DNA of 64,000 nt from Alphaproteobacteria bacterium (GTDB lineage Bacteria; Pseudomonadota; Alphaproteobacteria; TMED109): contig OZ220701.1 of assembly GCA_965116745.1 (NCBI GenBank), positions 436,744-500,743 on the forward strand. Reading direction: 5' to 3'. The position numbers and the translations under genes are program-made. Positions within the stretch are counted from its first letter, which is position 1. Each line of letters begins with the position of its first letter. The notes beneath the pieces were generated by a model that was not told the DNA's origin, ran no database searches, and saw nothing but the letters and a program-made list of their open reading frames with translations. Shown here one piece after another: positions 43,591-52,794 of this stretch.

Positions 43591-44912
43591 GTCACTTCCT
43601 GCGAAACGTGGCCGCGACGGCGCTGGCGATCAGCATCGCTCTCACCGTCTCCAGCGCGTCAGCCACTACTTCGCCGGTAGAGGTGATCGAGTCGCCGAAG
43701 GGCATCGAAGCGTGGCTGCGCCGAGACTCGTCGCTCCCCATCGTGTCCATGACGTTCCGGTTCACGGGCGGTGCGGCGCTCGACGCCCCCGGGAAGGAGG
43801 GCCTCGCCCAATTCATGGCGGCGCTGCTGGATGAGGGAGCGGGTCCCTATGACACGGTCGCGTTTCGGGATCGCCTGGACGACCGGGCCATTCGGCTGTC
43901 CTTCTCTGCCGGGAGGGACAGCCTGTTCGGTACCCTGCACACGCTCCGGGAAAACGTCGAGGAAGCCGCCATGCTGCTCGGGCACGCGCTGGCCCGCCCG
44001 CGCTTCGACGACGAGCCAGTCGCGCGCATCCGCAGCCAACTGGAAGCGGTTCGGGCGCAGAATGAGACGCGGCCGGGGAGCGTGGGGCGTACTCGCTGGT
44101 TTTCGCTGGTCTTCGGCGATGGGCCGTACGGGCGTCCCTCTTCCGGTACGCAGGCAAGCCTTGCCGGCATCGGTGTCGAGGATTTGCGCGCCGCTGCCAG
44201 CGAACGCCTGGTTCGCCGGCGGTTGGTCGTCGGGGTGGCGGGCGACATTGACCGCGAAGCACTTGCCCGCGTGCTTGATCTCGCATTCGGCGACCTTCCG
44301 GTCGGCGAGCTCCCGGACGAGGCGCCCGAGAACGGGAACTTCGCCGGTCAGACCGTGCACGTCCCCATGGACATTCCGCAAACCGAACTCGTGTTCGGCC
44401 TGCCGGGCATAGCGCGCGACGATGCGGATTTCTTTCCGGCCTTCGTCCTGAACTCCGTCCTGGGCGGTGCAACGCCGGGGACCCGGCTCGAGCAGGAAGT
44501 CCGGATAAAGCGCGGCCTCGCCTACAGCATCTACACCTACCTGGCCGACGCTGAGCGCGCCCCGCTTCTGATCGGCGCGACGTCGACGCGCGACGAAGGG
44601 GCCGGGGAAACGGTCGCGGTGGTGCGCAATGTGGTTCGGCAAACGGCGGCGGGCGGACTCACCGCGGACGAACTTGCCGATGCCAAGCTCTACATCACCG
44701 GTTCATTTCCGCTTGCCCTCGACAGCACGTCCGAGATTGCCGGCTTTCTCGTAGCCATGCAGACCAACGATCTGGGTATCGACTACCTTGACCGTCGCAA
44801 CGCGCTCGTTGAGGCCGTCACGATCGAGGATGTGCAACGCGTGGCCAAGCGTCTGCTGGTGGAGGACGCCATGGTCTGGGTCGCGGTGGGGCGGAGCGAC
44901 CCGTTCCCGTAG
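43587..44912 (+). CDS. M16-family peptidase, non-catalytic partner subunit
   Basis: Same fold pattern but no HxxEH (GLAQFMAALLDEG). There is a 4-nt overlap with the upstream M16 gene. Confidence 0.85.
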   Translation: MSHFLRNVAATALAISIALTVSSASATTSPVEVIESPKGIEAWLRRDSSLPIVSMTFRFTGGAALDAPGKEGLAQFMAALLDEGAGPYDTVAFRDRLDDRAIRLSFSAGRDSLFGTLHTLRENVEEAAMLLGHALARPRFDDEPVARIRSQLEAVRAQNETRPGSVGRTRWFSLVFGDGPYGRPSSGTQASLAGIGVEDLRAAASERLVRRRLVVGVAGDIDREALARVLDLAFGDLPVGELPDEAPENGNFAGQTVHVPMDIPQTELVFGLPGIARDDADFFPAFVLNSVLGGATPGTRLEQEVRIKRGLAYSIYTYLADAERAPLLIGATSTRDEGAGETVAVVRNVVRQTAAGGLTADELADAKLYITGSFPLALDSTSEIAGFLVAMQTNDLGIDYLDRRNALVEAVTIEDVQRVAKRLLVEDAMVWVAVGRSDPFP

Positions 44913-45033
44913 AGGGCTGACGCGCTGGACCTGCCGCAGACGCGTGAACGCCATTGCCGGGAGTCGCAAGGCCAGGTCTGTTCGACGGCGTGCCAGCCTG
45001 GCGCGCACCCACGGCCGCCCCCGCGCGCAGCTG

Positions 45034-45159
45034 CGGCCGGCTGATCGGGACCACGTCTGGCCGTACGACTTCGTGCACTGCGGCACAGACGACGGCCGGG
45101 CGTTCCGGACCCCGAACATCCTGGACGAGTACACCTGGAACTGGATGCTGATCGGCGTT
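45034..45159 (+). pseudogene. IS3-family transposase (OrfB integrase core) fragment
   Basis: RPADRDHVWPYDFVHCGTDDGRAFRTPNILDEYTWNWMLIGV resembles the IS3 OrfB block (PN.VW..D.T......G......ILD..SR). Confidence 0.55.
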
Positions 45160-45217
45160 TGTCCGGCTTCCGTCGATTGCCGGAATCCGTTCGTTCCGTC
45201 CCGAAGCGTTTCCGCCG

Positions 45218-47284
45218 TCAGGCGGCCAGTTCGTGCCGCCGCTCGACGACGCGGAAATTCAGCTTCTCGGTGGGTTTCATCGACGGGAGCGGGTTGAACC
45301 GCAGCGCGTCGACGTACTTCGACGGCGACACCTCAAGGGTGACGTGACGAGCGATCATCAGCACGTTGACCGCAAGTTGCAGGTCCATCCACCGCGAACC
45401 CAGGCATTTGTGCGTGCCGAGTCCGTAGGGCGCGTAGCCCGGGTCGCGATGCTCGTCGCGTGGCGGCAGATAGCGGTCGATATCGAACGAGAACGGGTCG
45501 GGGAAGACTTCGTCCAGGTAATGCGTGGCGGTCTGGGCGATATGGACCCGCGAGCCCACCGGGATTTCGTGGCCCCCGATCACGAATGGGTTCATCACGT
45601 CCCGCATCGACATCGGCACGATCGGGTACATCCTGAGGCATTCCATCAGGAAGCGGTGCGTGACCCCCATCGAGGACATGCTGAAGTCGTCCCCGTCGGG
45701 ATCGCCGTGTTCGAACAGGGCATCGGCTTCCTCCCGGATTCTCTCGTGCAGCGCGGGCCGCGACGCCAGCACGTAAACCGCGAAGCTCAGCGCGTCGCCG
45801 AGATAGACGCTCGCGACCAACGACGCCGCCAGGGCGAAACGCAGGTTCGATTCCGGCACGAGCTGCGGATCGCTGGCGTGCAAGCTCAGCCAGTCATCTG
45901 CAAGGTCGCGCGAGCACCCGGCACGCTGGGCCGGCGTATGGACGCTCCGGATGCGTTCGATCAACGTGTCCACGGCCTTCGCCCGGCGCTTCATTCCCGG
46001 GGTATTGAGCATGAACTTGGGCAAGGCATGCATGATGTGAACGATGAGCGCCCGTTCCTTGAACTCGATCAGATCGTCAAGGATGTCCTGGGAGTCCACG
46101 CTGAGGAAGAGCGACGAGAGCTGCGCGTTGACCATTCGCCGGCACCTGCGTACGGGAAAAGTCTCGCCCACCGTCCAGTTCGCCATGAATTCGCGGGCGA
46201 GCCGGTACACCTGGTCCAGTTGACTCGACAGCCGGGCCCGTGAAAACGCCGGTCCCATGGCCTTGCGCAGCCGGAAATGATCGCCGCCGTCCAGCGAAGG
46301 CAATACGCCATGCGCGCCGTAGACTTTCTCGAAATCCGCGAAATAGCCCCAAGCCGTCAGGTGCATTCGCCCGTGCCGGTCCACCCACTCGTTGGTCTCC
46401 CGCCCGCCCAGGACGATCATGGGTTTGACGAACGGTGCACGGATCTCGAACACCGGGCCGTACTCTTTCGTCAGTTCGCCGAAGAGCGCGGGGACGTTGC
46501 CGCTGCGGACGTGGGGGCTGAGCAGCAACCGGCGTAGGGCGACGACGGGTCTTTTCTTGGTGAGCGTGGACCGCCGCAGCATCAGGCTGACGATGTTGTG
46601 TTCGACCGCGGCGGCGATCGAGCGGCCGATCAGGTCCATCCGGCAGATGAAATCAATGCGCTCCTGGGTCTCTTCGTCGATCTGGAACATGAAGCGAAGG
46701 ACGTCGCACGTGTTGACCAGGCAGATGATGATGATTTCCCGGGGTTCGGGAATCGCATCGGTGAAGAGCGCCTTGACGACCCGCGTCTTGATGAACTGCC
46801 CAACCGTGCCCGTTTGGGAGACGCCGAACAGGTCCTCGCGCCAGCGGGTCTCCGCCAGCGTCCAGAATTCGCCGTCGTGGTGTTCCAGGATCTCCGCTTC
46901 GACCAGGCGGTCCAGGGTCTGATCGATCATCGTGTCCGCGTTCAGGGCGAACTTCTCGATCCAGTACTGGGCGTTCCGGCGCTCCGGTTCCTCGGCGATT
47001 TCCTGCAGGATGGGATCGAGGACCGAATCGCCGGTTTCCGTTCGGTCCAGCAGGAACAGCGAGTCCAGGTCGGTGTCGATCCGCGAGAGCAGCGAGAGTT
47101 CCGCCAGCGCCGCGCCCACTACCGCACAATTGAGGGCCCAGCCGGGAACCTGGTGGAAATAGCCGGTCTGCTCGTTGAGGAGCATCAAGACGAGCTCCTC
47201 CGGCAGGGTCAGTGTTCGGATCGTCACGCCGCTATCGGGCATTGGCCCCGGCCCCACTTCCTCCTCTCGCTGTATCGACGCCAA
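45218..47284 (-). CDS. GOLPH3/GPP34-domain - cytochrome P450 fusion protein
   Basis: The N-terminal ~210 aa parallels human GOLPH3. LTLPEELVLMLLNEQTGY matches LTLMEEVLLLGLKDREGY; TGDSVLDPILQEIAEEPERRNAQYWIEKFA matches [30 protein letters not shown]. The C-terminal ~450 aa is a P450, with ExxR in ECLRMYP and heme loop YAPYGLGTHKCLGSRW. Confidence 0.85.
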   Translation of the reverse strand: MASIQREEEVGPGPMPDSGVTIRTLTLPEELVLMLLNEQTGYFHQVPGWALNCAVVGAALAELSLLSRIDTDLDSLFLLDRTETGDSVLDPILQEIAEEPERRNAQYWIEKFALNADTMIDQTLDRLVEAEILEHHDGEFWTLAETRWREDLFGVSQTGTVGQFIKTRVVKALFTDAIPEPREIIIICLVNTCDVLRFMFQIDEETQERIDFICRMDLIGRSIAAAVEHNIVSLMLRRSTLTKKRPVVALRRLLLSPHVRSGNVPALFGELTKEYGPVFEIRAPFVKPMIVLGGRETNEWVDRHGRMHLTAWGYFADFEKVYGAHGVLPSLDGGDHFRLRKAMGPAFSRARLSSQLDQVYRLAREFMANWTVGETFPVRRCRRMVNAQLSSLFLSVDSQDILDDLIEFKERALIVHIMHALPKFMLNTPGMKRRAKAVDTLIERIRSVHTPAQRAGCSRDLADDWLSLHASDPQLVPESNLRFALAASLVASVYLGDALSFAVYVLASRPALHERIREEADALFEHGDPDGDDFSMSSMGVTHRFLMECLRMYPIVPMSMRDVMNPFVIGGHEIPVGSRVHIAQTATHYLDEVFPDPFSFDIDRYLPPRDEHRDPGYAPYGLGTHKCLGSRWMDLQLAVNVLMIARHVTLEVSPSKYVDALRFNPLPSMKPTEKLNFRVVERRHELAA

Positions 47285-47421
47285 GGTTACCCCGATTTCC
47301 GCGCCTCGTCACGCCATTTCGCGTTCAGCTGGTTCGTCCACTTCCGTCGCAACTGCGCCGTTCCTAGTATGGCTATGCCCGTACCGACGACTGCGCGGCC
47401 CTCGCCGACCTTCATCAACAA

Positions 47422-48459
47422 GTGGAGCGCGCCATGTCGATGAAGCTGCCCAGAGACCTTCGGGACGCCTACCGGGGCTGGGACCCGGCGGCCGGCGTGG
47501 CGCGATTCAGCGGCTGGCTCGACCGAAGCAGACGGGCCGACCGGGATGGCTACGACCATACCGCGACAGTGAACGACTACTACGATTTGTGCAGCGAATT
47601 CATGCAGTTCGGATGGAACGAATCCCTGCACTTCGCTCCGTTGACGCGCGGGGAGACGCTGGAGGAAGCCATTGTCCGGCATCAACGCAGGATGATCGGA
47701 TCGCTGGAGCTGCGAGAGGGGATGAAGGTCGTGGACGTCGGCTGCGGTGTAGGCGGCCCCATGCGGCGGGTCGCCCGCGAGTCAAACGCCACGGTCGTCG
47801 GCATCAACAACAACCAACGGCAGTTGGAAATGGCGAGGCGGAGGAACGTCGAGGCGGGCCTCGATCACAGGGCGGAGTATGTCAAGTGCAACTTCATGGA
47901 CATGCACGCCATTGCAGCCCACTCGTTTGACGCGGGTTACGCGATCGAGTCGACGTGTCACGCGCCGGACAAGGCGCGCGCGTTCGCGGAGATCTTTCGC
48001 GTGCTCAAGCCGGGCGCGCCGTTCTGGGGCCAGGAAATGTGCATGACGGAAAGCTTCGACCCGGACAACGCCCGTCACCGCGCGATCAAGGATGAACTCA
48101 TGCGGGGAGTCGCCCTCCCGAATATCGCCACGTTCCGGGAAGTGAACGACGCGCTCGAGGCCGCAGGCTTCCACATTGTCGAGGCGGAGGACAGGGACAT
48201 CGGGGATAGCGGGGGCACGCCCTGGTATCGGCCCATGGAAGGACAGGGCGGGATATTGCGCAATGCGTTTCGCAGGACGCCATGGGGCCGCGCGGCGATG
48301 ATTGCCGGCCTTCGGCTGGCTGAGGCGTGCCGTGCCTTCCCGAAGGGTTCGACCGCCGTCGTCAGATTGATGGATCGAACAGCCGACGCGTTTGTTGCCG
48401 GCGGCAGGACAGGGATATTCACGCCGCTCTACTGTTTCCTCGCCCGCAAGCCCGGGTGA
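47422..48459 (+). CDS. sterol 24-C-methyltransferase (ERG6/SMT-type class I SAM methyltransferase)
   Basis: It is collinear with yeast ERG6 along its whole length: VNDYYDLCSEFMQFGWNESLHFAP, VVDVGCGVGGPMRRVA, VGINNNQRQL, YAIESTCHAPDKARAFAEIFRVLKPGAPF, PWYRPMEG, and the sterol-MT C-terminal block AFVAGGRTGIFTPLYCFLARKPG. Confidence 0.85.
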   Translation: MERAMSMKLPRDLRDAYRGWDPAAGVARFSGWLDRSRRADRDGYDHTATVNDYYDLCSEFMQFGWNESLHFAPLTRGETLEEAIVRHQRRMIGSLELREGMKVVDVGCGVGGPMRRVARESNATVVGINNNQRQLEMARRRNVEAGLDHRAEYVKCNFMDMHAIAAHSFDAGYAIESTCHAPDKARAFAEIFRVLKPGAPFWGQEMCMTESFDPDNARHRAIKDELMRGVALPNIATFREVNDALEAAGFHIVEAEDRDIGDSGGTPWYRPMEGQGGILRNAFRRTPWGRAAMIAGLRLAEACRAFPKGSTAVVRLMDRTADAFVAGGRTGIFTPLYCFLARKPG

Positions 48460-48828
48460 TCCGGCGGAACTGTCCAGGGCTTCTATCGACTACTTGACAG
48501 GTTGGAGATGTTCCGGGACGCAGGTCTCGAGCCCTTTGTTGAGTGTTGCGCGATTGCCCTCGCCAAGGCCGGGCGCCCCGGCATCTTCACCCTGATGCAG
48601 TTCATCCGCGCGCACAAGGCGGAACAGCGCGGGCCTCACGAATAGGCCAGGCCGGACGGCGCAGGATCGATCGCGAGTGGGGAGCCCGCGAAGGAGGGGT
48701 CGTGCCTGCGATTAGTGCGCGGAGTTCAGCGGAAGGCCGTCCCGGTGCAGTTCTTCCAGCGTCCCTCCCGGGCGTTGGCCACTCGACGGCGAAGCCGACC
48801 GGCGCAGATGCCGTTCTTCGACCGGGTG

Positions 48829-49785
48829 CTATCGCACCCGCTGGAGCGCCGTCCGGGTGAAGTCGCGAGCGTCAAGGTCGGTTCCAAACGCGTAGTCCGA
48901 CCAGTCCAGTATGGTGCTCTTGCCCGTGAGATGGTTGGTCATCGTGATCCTGCTGCTCCGCCAGAAACGATCCAGATATTGTGCGTAGTCTTCCATGACC
49001 ATCGTCTTGACATGCGCTTCCCGACGGTCGAAGAACTGGATCTGCATGGAGCGCAGTTCTTCCTTGTCCATCCATACCAGTTGACGGGAGTACCCGGAAT
49101 CCTCATTCAGCGGGATCCGCTCCAGAACGATGCATTCGAGCTCGCCGCAAGGCTCGTCCCGCAGGTACCGATGCATGAATTTCTCGACTTCCACGGTGCC
49201 GAGGTCCTCGTACGAGAACTCGCTGCCCATGAATGAGCCGGATTGATTCGCGGAGCTGATGCGCTTGACCCGTTTCAGGGCGGGGAGATAGAGCCACTGT
49301 TCGTCTGGCTCACCCTTGTGGACGTGAACGAGAAATGCGGTTCCCTTGACGTCGCGCGGGCGGTCGAACACGAACACGCTGCGGTCGCCGTCGCCCGCGA
49401 CCTCCATCACCTTCAGGCGGATTTCGCGATTGCTCTCCTGTCCCCGCTTGGTGCGCAGGGTCATGATCAGGTTAGACGTGAAGTTGCCGAAACCCTTTTG
49501 ACGTTCACGGGCCTCGGTCGCGATCCGGAGCCCCGCTTCTTCGGCGGTTTCAGCCTGCCCGACCGTAGGCACGGCCGCCCAGGCGAAGATGGCAAGTAGG
49601 ATCCCGAATGACGCCAGGACCGGGCGAGGAAGAGAAACGCGAATGACCGTTGCCTCCTGTCGATCACCGTAACCGCAACAGGAAACGTAGGAACTCGACG
49701 GAGAGGCCCGAGCAGTGAGCGGATCACATCGATTCCCGCACCTGTTGAAGCATGGTAGCACGATTCCTGCCATGCACCTGACCAT
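48829..49785 (-). CDS. LolA-like outer-membrane lipoprotein-sorting-type periplasmic protein
   Basis: DGDRSVFVFDRPRDVKGTAFLVHVHKGEPDEQWLYLPALKRVKRISSANQSGSFMGSEFSYEDL is the hallmark block of the LolA_like family that usually pairs with COG1033 RND genes. The start is uncertain; the signal-like segment begins near 49650. Confidence 0.75.
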   Translation of the reverse strand: MVRCMAGIVLPCFNRCGNRCDPLTARASPSSSYVSCCGYGDRQEATVIRVSLPRPVLASFGILLAIFAWAAVPTVGQAETAEEAGLRIATEARERQKGFGNFTSNLIMTLRTKRGQESNREIRLKVMEVAGDGDRSVFVFDRPRDVKGTAFLVHVHKGEPDEQWLYLPALKRVKRISSANQSGSFMGSEFSYEDLGTVEVEKFMHRYLRDEPCGELECIVLERIPLNEDSGYSRQLVWMDKEELRSMQIQFFDRREAHVKTMVMEDYAQYLDRFWRSSRITMTNHLTGKSTILDWSDYAFGTDLDARDFTRTALQRVR

Positions 49786-49827
49786 CTGCCACGGGACGGT
49801 CTTGTCCGCGGAGAGCAGCTTCCGTGC

Positions 49828-52155
49828 CTATCCGACCGACCGGCTCAGTCGCTCCCTGATCTGCGCGGTCGTTTCCTTCGTCGTGTCAAGCGCCATCAGC
49901 AACGGCGGAAGGAACAGGAAATCCGCCAGCAGGGCGATGATGACCGTGATCCCGACGAGCAGGCCGAGCGCCTGGTTGGTCACCATTCCCGATGCTCCGA
50001 ACACCATGAAGCCCAGCGCGAACACAACCGTCGTCGCGGTCAGCGCCTTGCCGACCGCGCCAAAGGCGGACTGAACGGACTCCGACGGCAACAGCCCGCG
50101 TTTCCTGGCGCCGACATACTTGGTCATGAAGTGGATCGTGTCGTCCACGATGATGCCGAACGCGATGGCGGTGACGACTGACGCCGCGACGCCGACCTCT
50201 CCTACCACGTATCCCCAAAGACCCATCGCCATGGCGGCCGGCAGGAAATTGGGGACTAGGCTGATCAGGCCGAGGCGCACGCTTCTGAAGACGAAGAGCA
50301 GGAGCAGGGACACGATGGCCATTGCCGCGATCGTGCCCCGCAGCATGCCCTCGATGTTCCGTTGAATTGAATGGGCGCCGACCACGGAAACGCCCGTGGC
50401 CTGGGTTTGCAGGTCGGGCGCGTTTTCCCGGAACCAGGCTTGCGTGCGATCGTCGAGGTCAACCTTCTCCCGGGTCGTGAGGCTCTTGAGCACGACCGTC
50501 ACGCGCGTCGAAGACCGTTCCACGTCGATGAGGTTGTTCAGATCGCGGCCGACCGGCAGAGAGAACTCGTAGAGCAGCAGGTACTGCGCAGCAAGGTCGG
50601 AGTCGTCCGGAAGCAGGTAGAAGCCGGGATCGTCGCCATGCAGGTTCTTGTTCAGGCGCTTCATGATGTCGGAGATGGCGAAGACGTGGGCCACCTCCGG
50701 TTGCGCCCGACTCCACTCCGCAAACGCGTCCACCTGCCGGAGATATTCGACATCCGTGATGCCGCCCTCCCGCCCGGAGTTGAGCGAGTACTCGTATGTT
50801 TCTACGCCGGTGAAGTTCTCGCTCACAAAGTCCGTGGATCGCCGGAACTCGTAGCTCTCGTCGAGCAGCTCAAGCCAGTTCTCGTGCAGCTCGATCCGCG
50901 AGATCCCGGCGATGAGCACGACCATCACGGCGGCGACCGACCAAAGCAGGGTCGTGCGGTAGGAAATGACGAACCGCGCCAGGCGATCGAAGATGTCTGC
51001 TTTTCCCGCCGGCGCAGGCCCGCCACGCATCGGCACAACGGTCAGGAAAGCGGGCAGCAGCGTGACCGAAAAGACGAAGGCCGCCATAGCGCCGAACGCC
51101 ACCATGTTGCCCATCACCCGAAACGGCGGCATGTCCGCGAAATTGAGGCTGAGAAAGCCGATTGCGGTTGTCACCGATGTCAGGAGAACCGGCCACACGT
51201 TGACCTGCAGGGAATGAATCGCTGCCTGCGGACGGTCCATGCCTTGGCGCAGGCCCGCCCGCATCCCCTCGATAATGTGCACGGAGTGCGCGACGGTGAC
51301 TGCCATCAAGACGAATAGCGCCGCGCCGCTCTCGCCGAACAACTTCAGCCCGACCCAACCGGTGAAACCCAGCGCGGACAGCATGACCGCGATCAGCATC
51401 ACGAGGATCGCCACCATTCCCCATAGCGAGCGCAACAGAACGATGGCGACGAGCAGCATGGTCCCGAGCGCGGCCGGCGCGAGGACGCCCATGTCATCGT
51501 CAATCGCCTGCTTCATGGCGCGGTTGAGGATGAGTTCGCCGGTCAGATGGTAGTCGATGGTCGGATACCGAGCTCTCTGTTCGGCGGCGGTACCGTGGAG
51601 GAAGTCGGTAACCTCGAATCGTCCCAGCTGTCGGTCCTCGGGAAGCGCGACGCTGACGACCAATCCGGCGATGCGACCATCCCTGGAAATGAAGCGCCCT
51701 GCGACTTCTTCGGTACTGAGCGCAATTTCGCGAATGCGTTCGATATCGCTGTCGCTCAGGGAACTGGCGTCGTCGATCAGGGGGGCGACGATCAGTTCGT
51801 CCTCGAGGCCCTCGCTGTGTGAATAGTTTGTGATCGAATCAACGCGGGTGACGTAGGGCGTTCGCCATAGCTGGTCGGTCAGCTCTTCAATGGCGACGAG
51901 CGCTTCCGGCGAGAAAACCGTACCGCCTTGCGGGGCCACGACCACCAGCGCGGCGTCGGAGAGCGAGTAGGTGGCTTCCAGCTCGTCGAGTGCGACGATG
52001 TGCGGGTCGTCTTGGCTGAAATGATTCCGAACGTCGACGTCAACGACAATGATGTACTGGGCGCCCGCGGCCAGGGCTAGCATTGCAACTAGTGAGAGTG
52101 CGATAGACAGCCATCGGCGCTCAACCGGTAGCGCGATGAAGGAATCCAAATTCAT
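49828..52155 (-). CDS. RND-superfamily lipid exporter (COG1033, MMPL/HpnN-like)
   Basis: 775 aa with two 6-TM bundles and two periplasmic loops. The N-terminal region ...HFSQDDPHIVALDELEATYS... is typical of predicted RND exporters. A LolA-like gene follows immediately on the same strand. Confidence 0.9.
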   Translation of the reverse strand: MNLDSFIALPVERRWLSIALSLVAMLALAAGAQYIIVVDVDVRNHFSQDDPHIVALDELEATYSLSDAALVVVAPQGGTVFSPEALVAIEELTDQLWRTPYVTRVDSITNYSHSEGLEDELIVAPLIDDASSLSDSDIERIREIALSTEEVAGRFISRDGRIAGLVVSVALPEDRQLGRFEVTDFLHGTAAEQRARYPTIDYHLTGELILNRAMKQAIDDDMGVLAPAALGTMLLVAIVLLRSLWGMVAILVMLIAVMLSALGFTGWVGLKLFGESGAALFVLMAVTVAHSVHIIEGMRAGLRQGMDRPQAAIHSLQVNVWPVLLTSVTTAIGFLSLNFADMPPFRVMGNMVAFGAMAAFVFSVTLLPAFLTVVPMRGGPAPAGKADIFDRLARFVISYRTTLLWSVAAVMVVLIAGISRIELHENWLELLDESYEFRRSTDFVSENFTGVETYEYSLNSGREGGITDVEYLRQVDAFAEWSRAQPEVAHVFAISDIMKRLNKNLHGDDPGFYLLPDDSDLAAQYLLLYEFSLPVGRDLNNLIDVERSSTRVTVVLKSLTTREKVDLDDRTQAWFRENAPDLQTQATGVSVVGAHSIQRNIEGMLRGTIAAMAIVSLLLLFVFRSVRLGLISLVPNFLPAAMAMGLWGYVVGEVGVAASVVTAIAFGIIVDDTIHFMTKYVGARKRGLLPSESVQSAFGAVGKALTATTVVFALGFMVFGASGMVTNQALGLLVGITVIIALLADFLFLPPLLMALDTTKETTAQIRERLSRSVG

Positions 52156-52794
52156 GTCAACGTGCCGAATCGGTATCAGGCTTCATGTATAGCACTTCCA
52201 GTCCACCCGGCCACGGGAGGAGCCGGTACGCCTGCCCATCCAGGCTGCTGTTCGTATCGCGGTTGCGGCAACCACCACCGGTATCGTCAAGTTAACAGTA
52301 TCGCGTTTGCCCCATTGCCTTCAATCAATACTGAAACGGTTGATAGGTACGGATGGTTGCCGGTGCGCCAGTGCCCGCTGCATCGCGCTGACGCAACCGT
52401 GTCCGGCAGAGAACGCTCCACGCGATCACGCCTGGCGCGCGCGGTTCAACTGCGGCAACTTCACGTCGAGACTTCGGAAAGTCCCCTCATCAGGCAGAGG
52501 GGCAGGCTATTGAATGTCGTCGACTTCAGATGGCTTGCAGGTCTCTTTTGTACGGTCATTCGTCTTGTTGCCGTACCACGACAGTGCTATTTGTCGGGTG
52601 ATGCGATACAGCAAGAACTGTGACGTCGGCTCGGCTACTGGCCTGCCGTCGACGTGCGACTTCCTCACCATCATTTGACATGGCGAGGACGAAACCTGGA
52701 TGCTTCAGGACCACGCACCGTCGCTCCCTTCGGTCTTGCGCAGTTCGCTGAGATAAAGGCGTCGCCATACCTGGGAACGAGAAATTGGCGAAAC

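Noticed and set aside
48508-48645. 45-codon ORF MFRDAGLEPFVECCAIALAKAGRPGIFTLMQFIRAHKAEQRGPHE downstream of the SMT gene
   Set aside because: It is below the track threshold, has no recognisable RBS or family, and could be a fragment. It is noted only as something to test by proteomics or Ribo-seq.
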